Assembly (NCBI GenBank): GCA_963676105.1
Contig: OY781039.1
Location: forward strand, 870,001 to 902,000
From: Erysipelotrichaceae bacterium
GTDB taxonomy: Bacteria; Bacillota_I; Bacilli_A; Erysipelotrichales; Erysipelotrichaceae
Direction of reading: 5' to 3'
DNA length: 32,000 bases
The notes beneath the pieces are model-generated. The model was not told where the DNA came from. It did no database searches and worked only from the letters and a program-made list of their open reading frames with translations. Shown here piece by piece: positions 28,592 through 32,000 of this stretch. Each line of letters begins with the position of its first letter. Within the stretch, counting starts at the first letter, position 1. Position numbers and translations under genes: made by a program.

Positions 28592-30355
28592 CTATTTAAA
28601 GTCGTACATATTAGGATTATCTGGAAAGATTTCCTTAAAGTACGATTCATATCGATTAACAATTTCTTCAGGAATTGTGTCCATTCGTCCATATACATAA
28701 ACTTTTATCCCACTATTTAATTCAAACTCTTTTTCTAAAAAATAATATTTTCTTAACTCATCATCATTTAACATGCCATTCGCTAAAATACTAATCACAT
28801 TTTGATGAGCGGGATTCACTAATTGAATTGGATCAGTAACTACAATGTATTTAAAGGTGAAAAAATAATAGGGTAATCCATCACGCTCATCTATTTGTTT
28901 GGTTGAATACAGAGATGGGATTGGATTTAATTGTTCTGGCAAATACGCATTTCTAAGTAATTCATCAGAAAAACGAGCTGAGCTAGCTAAAACATACGTA
29001 TAATCATAAACATTTTCACCAGTTAATTCATTAATAAAATTGACAATTCGTCGAATATTATCTGCATCTGTGTTAACACGAGGTAAAACACGTAAGTTTG
29101 TTAAAAATTGATTCGTATATTGATAATAGACTGGTGGAACAATACTAAACGGAATAAATGTCGTCATAAAATTTTGACTAAATATAAAAATACATAGAAC
29201 TGATATTCCAATTTTTAGAAACTTATGATGAATCTGAATGAGTAAACTAATCCCCATCAACATGATTAGTAAAATATTAGTATTAATCATGTAGTAATGA
29301 TGTGATCCAAAAAGTTGTATTCGATTAAAAAAGAATAGAATAAAAATTGATTGAAACAATAGAGCTACAAGTGTTTCATATTTCTTGAAATTTTTTATTA
29401 CATTAATCATACCTAAAGCAATAAATAAAACACCAATTGGACTATAAAATTGGATAAACCAATCGATTATTGCCTTAAGTGAAGAACTCTGATTATATTG
29501 ATAAGCGTATGCATAATCATAAAACAACATTTTATCTACTAAAGGATAAAAGAATATCACTAAAATCAGTAGCGCAGAAATCCCTTGTATAAAATAATGA
29601 ATTAATATCTTTTTCCAATCTTTTTGATGATAGATCACTCTTATTAAAGGAAAGATTAAAAAATAAGCTAAGGCAAAATATGCAAACCAACGTCTAATAA
29701 AGACAAGTAATACTAAATTTAGCGCAATGGTCAGATCATATTTAAATTGAAATTCTCGTTCAGATAAAATAAACAATGCAATTATAAAAGGTAAACCAAC
29801 AGATCCAATATAACCTAAATACATTGGAATTAAATTTCCTGTAAATAAAAGGATTAATAGAGCACTTAATATTAAAAACAACTTTGAGCTATTCTTTTGT
29901 TTAATATTAAAGTAAATAAAACTAAGAATACTTGATGGCCATAAAAACAGTACTACATTGGATAATACAAATCTTGGATACGTGTCACCTATTAATCTTA
30001 ATGGAATAGCCATTAATAACTGTGGAAATGAAGAGTACTCATCTACAAGTATTGTTCGATAAATATATTGAAGCACAGCTTGTGGTTCACTCTGAATCCG
30101 ATTATTAACATCAATAGCACGTCGCCAAAAACCAGCAAAATCCCAGTAAGTAATAAATGATTCTTGACTTAAAAACCATATTGAAAATGAAACATAAAAG
30201 ACAAACGACACGAATGAAAAAAGCAGAAAGACTTTCCACTGTTTTTTAATAGTGTTCTTCCATGTCTCATGTTTGAAAATCATATAACTTATGAAACACA
30301 TTAGTATTGGATATATGGAATAGATTAATATTTGCACAACAACCTCTTTAATCAA
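28592..30355 (-). CDS. Uncharacterised polytopic membrane protein with a ~190-aa C-terminal soluble domain, a possible GT-C-like glycosyltransferase
   Basis: At least 10 hydrophobic segments. The first loop contains WDFAGFW and LVDEYSSFP, a DE-type acidic motif. The ORF-track start is a TTG at 30355; in-frame ATGs lie at 30301 and downstream. Confidence 0.45.
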   Translation of the reverse strand: MIKEVVVQILIYSIYPILMCFISYMIFKHETWKNTIKKQWKVFLLFSFVSFVFYVSFSIWFLSQESFITYWDFAGFWRRAIDVNNRIQSEPQAVLQYIYRTILVDEYSSFPQLLMAIPLRLIGDTYPRFVLSNVVLFLWPSSILSFIYFNIKQKNSSKLFLILSALLILLFTGNLIPMYLGYIGSVGLPFIIALFILSEREFQFKYDLTIALNLVLLVFIRRWFAYFALAYFLIFPLIRVIYHQKDWKKILIHYFIQGISALLILVIFFYPLVDKMLFYDYAYAYQYNQSSSLKAIIDWFIQFYSPIGVLFIALGMINVIKNFKKYETLVALLFQSIFILFFFNRIQLFGSHHYYMINTNILLIMLMGISLLIQIHHKFLKIGISVLCIFIFSQNFMTTFIPFSIVPPVYYQYTNQFLTNLRVLPRVNTDADNIRRIVNFINELTGENVYDYTYVLASSARFSDELLRNAYLPEQLNPIPSLYSTKQIDERDGLPYYFFTFKYIVVTDPIQLVNPAHQNVISILANGMLNDDELRKYYFLEKEFELNSGIKVYVYGRMDTIPEEIVNRYESYFKEIFPDNPNMYDFK

Positions 30356-30381
30356 CGCACATATTTTATCATTGAAGGAAG

Positions 30382-30412
30382 TAAAAATACTGACATTTAT
30401 ACAGTATTTTTA
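30382..30412. promoter_or_regulatory. Perfect 11-bp inverted repeat in a divergent promoter region, a candidate operator
   Basis: TAAAAATACTG (30382-30392), a 9-nt spacer, then CAGTATTTTTA (30402-30412). It lies between the divergent starts at 30355 (minus) and 30483 (plus). It sits next to a minus-strand TGaTAAAAT extended -10 (30371-30363). Confidence 0.4.
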
Positions 30413-30482
30413 AGAACCGTCATAGTTTTTTCATATTTTTATGTTAAGAATATGTTAAATTTTAAAGGGGTCATATTAGACT

Positions 30483-32000
30483 ATGAAGAAATTTAAATTA
30501 AAATCACTTTATCAAAAACTATTGCTTGTCACTTTATTCACCATTATTGCTTATATATCATATGGTGAATATCATATAGAATCTGACTATGCATCTTATA
30601 TTAATTATGCTTATTTAGCAATCGCATTATCATTATCATTCGTATTACCAAAATGGTTCGATGTAGTCTATCTAAATTTTTGGATGATTTTATTAAATGT
30701 CGGTTTATGGATGCAAACAGTCTATTTTAGAGCTTTTTTACAATATGGAAGAATTAGTGTTCTTATTAGTCAAAAAACAGAAGCCATTCAATCTTGGGAT
30801 AGTATAAAAGAATTTATATCGATAAAAGACTTGCAGTATTTAATATATATAATTTTATTTTTAACCACATCAATATTAATAACAAAGTTTAGTAACAAAG
30901 CAAAGAATAAGCTTTATTTAATTTACGGATTAATTTCAGTAAGTTTTATTGGAATAGCCAGTTTTAATATTTATGAATTTTATCAAAAATTAGAAGAAAG
31001 TCGTCATGAAGAGTCTGTGTTTACATATTACAAAACTGACCACTATGAATACTCAATTAGATTATCAACCGCACCATTTGTTCAAAAATTTGGTCTAACA
31101 GGGTTATTCCATAAAGATATTGTAGATTTTTATATAACACCATTTTTCAGCAATGCTACTGAAGAGAATTCAGAAATCACTAATATTCTAAGTAATAAAA
31201 TTTATTCTGAAAATACTGATTACACTGGTCTTTTGGCAGGTAAAAGTTTATTACTCATTGAGGCTGAATCATTGATGCATCTTGCAATTGACCCAGAATT
31301 AACACCAACACTATATAAATTGAGATTAGAAGGTTTAAATTTTTCTTCCTATAATTCACCACTATTAACTGGTTCTACTAGTGACACTGAATTTATGGTG
31401 AATACAAGTTTATTACCAGCTAATGAAGGCTTTAACACTTTTATGAGTTATGCTGAGAACACATATCCTGTCACTATTGCTGACTATTTTAATAATAGTG
31501 GTTATTCAGTTTTGGCTGCTCACAATAATTATGCAGAGTTTTATAACCGAAATAATATGTTACCAGCACTTGGATATAAATTTTGGGATGCAATTGATAT
31601 GGGATTTCAAAATCAAATGGTGCCTGATTCAGAATTTCTTGTACCTATAAAATGGATATCATATGAAAAAGAGAAGTTCTTCTCATTTTGGATTACGTTT
31701 AACGGACATCAACCATATTCATTAGACGAAATGAATTCATTATTCTATCCTTATTATGAACAAGTAAGTACAAAGTATCCTGACTTGCCAGAAGCTGAGA
31801 AAGTCTATCTTGCTAAAACTATGGATTTTGATAAAGGTTTAGCTTCTTTAATTCAAGATTACACATATTCAGGAAAAATTGATGATTTAGTTATTGCAAT
31901 CTATGGTGATCATTTTGTTAAAGGTGCATTTTCTGATCCAAGTATTGTTGATATGGTTTGTACTGATACTGTTGATAAATGCACTTATACACCATTTATC
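30483..32000 (+). CDS. LtaS-family (sulfatase-fold) polyglycerolphosphate/phosphoglycerol transferase, 3'-truncated by the window edge
   Basis: My own translation from the ATG at 30483 stays open to 32000 (506 codons); the gene is missing from the ORF track because it has no stop in the window. The N-terminal TM block is followed by KSLLLIEAESLMHLAIDPELTPTLYKLRLEGLNFSSYNSPLLTGSTSDTEFMVNTSLLP, the LtaS/sulfatase catalytic-threonine region. Confidence 0.75.
   Translation, partial: MKKFKLKSLYQKLLLVTLFTIIAYISYGEYHIESDYASYINYAYLAIALSLSFVLPKWFDVVYLNFWMILLNVGLWMQTVYFRAFLQYGRISVLISQKTEAIQSWDSIKEFISIKDLQYLIYIILFLTTSILITKFSNKAKNKLYLIYGLISVSFIGIASFNIYEFYQKLEESRHEESVFTYYKTDHYEYSIRLSTAPFVQKFGLTGLFHKDIVDFYITPFFSNATEENSEITNILSNKIYSENTDYTGLLAGKSLLLIEAESLMHLAIDPELTPTLYKLRLEGLNFSSYNSPLLTGSTSDTEFMVNTSLLPANEGFNTFMSYAENTYPVTIADYFNNSGYSVLAAHNNYAEFYNRNNMLPALGYKFWDAIDMGFQNQMVPDSEFLVPIKWISYEKEKFFSFWITFNGHQPYSLDEMNSLFYPYYEQVSTKYPDLPEAEKVYLAKTMDFDKGLASLIQDYTYSGKIDDLVIAIYGDHFVKGAFSDPSIVDMVCTDTVDKCTYTPFI

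Noticed and set aside
31450-31650. 66-aa plus-strand ORF near the window end
   Set aside because: It is out of frame within the LtaS-family reading frame, which stays open from 30483 to 32000 and carries the family motifs.
1-32000. Search for CRISPR arrays, tRNA/rRNA genes, IS elements, integrases, prophage genes and riboswitch-sized structured leaders
   Set aside because: I saw no spaced direct-repeat arrays, no GC-rich cloverleaf-like segments and no transposase- or integrase-like ORFs. The only intergenic regions over 100 bp are 4584-4685, 11183-11406 and 30356-30482; these are AT-rich, with no obvious conserved RNA structure apart from the hairpin and inverted repeat already reported.

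Overview
Low-GC Firmicutes-type chromosomal window that uses the standard genetic code (TGA serves as a stop at 1570-1572). The GC estimate comes from hand counts of a few lines only: about 25-30% in accessory genes and higher in gap. I found no rRNA, tRNA, CRISPR array, transposase or integrase. The left third (1-11.2 kb) is mostly housekeeping. It holds an XRE-family regulator, then a tightly coupled three-gene operon (small membrane protein, standalone MprF-C-like DUF2156 protein, Eis-like GNAT). Next come a monocistronic gap gene with textbook promoter, SD and terminator, and an activated-methyl-cycle module (metH divergent from a coupled metF-luxS pair). A single Abi_2 (AbiD/AbiF-like) abortive-infection gene is wedged between gap and metH. 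An arylsulfotransferase-like lipoprotein closes this part. The right two thirds (11.4-32 kb) form a cell-envelope glycopolymer locus of at least 20 kb. It encodes a YfhO-family protein, six GT2 catalytic domains in five proteins, one GT4, two SDR epimerase/dehydratases, a Wzx-like flippase and a Wzy-like polymerase. It also encodes two further uncharacterised polytopic membrane proteins (possible GT-C enzymes) and a divergent, truncated LtaS-family gene. The items I would look at again are: (1) the small-TM/DUF2156/Eis-like operon; (2) a GT2 fused to a roughly 430-aa PD40/TolB-like beta-propeller-like domain, whose N-domain paralogue is instead fused to a second GT2; (3) the lone Abi gene, whose only upstream space is filled by a GC-rich terminator hairpin; (4) a glycan locus rich in GT-C-like proteins that lacks an initiating phosphoglycosyltransferase and has overlapping convergent gene ends; (5) repeated -10-like hexamers 6-12 nt before SD-less start codons, which could mean leaderless mRNAs. 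All functional calls rest on motif recognition by eye, and no database search was run.
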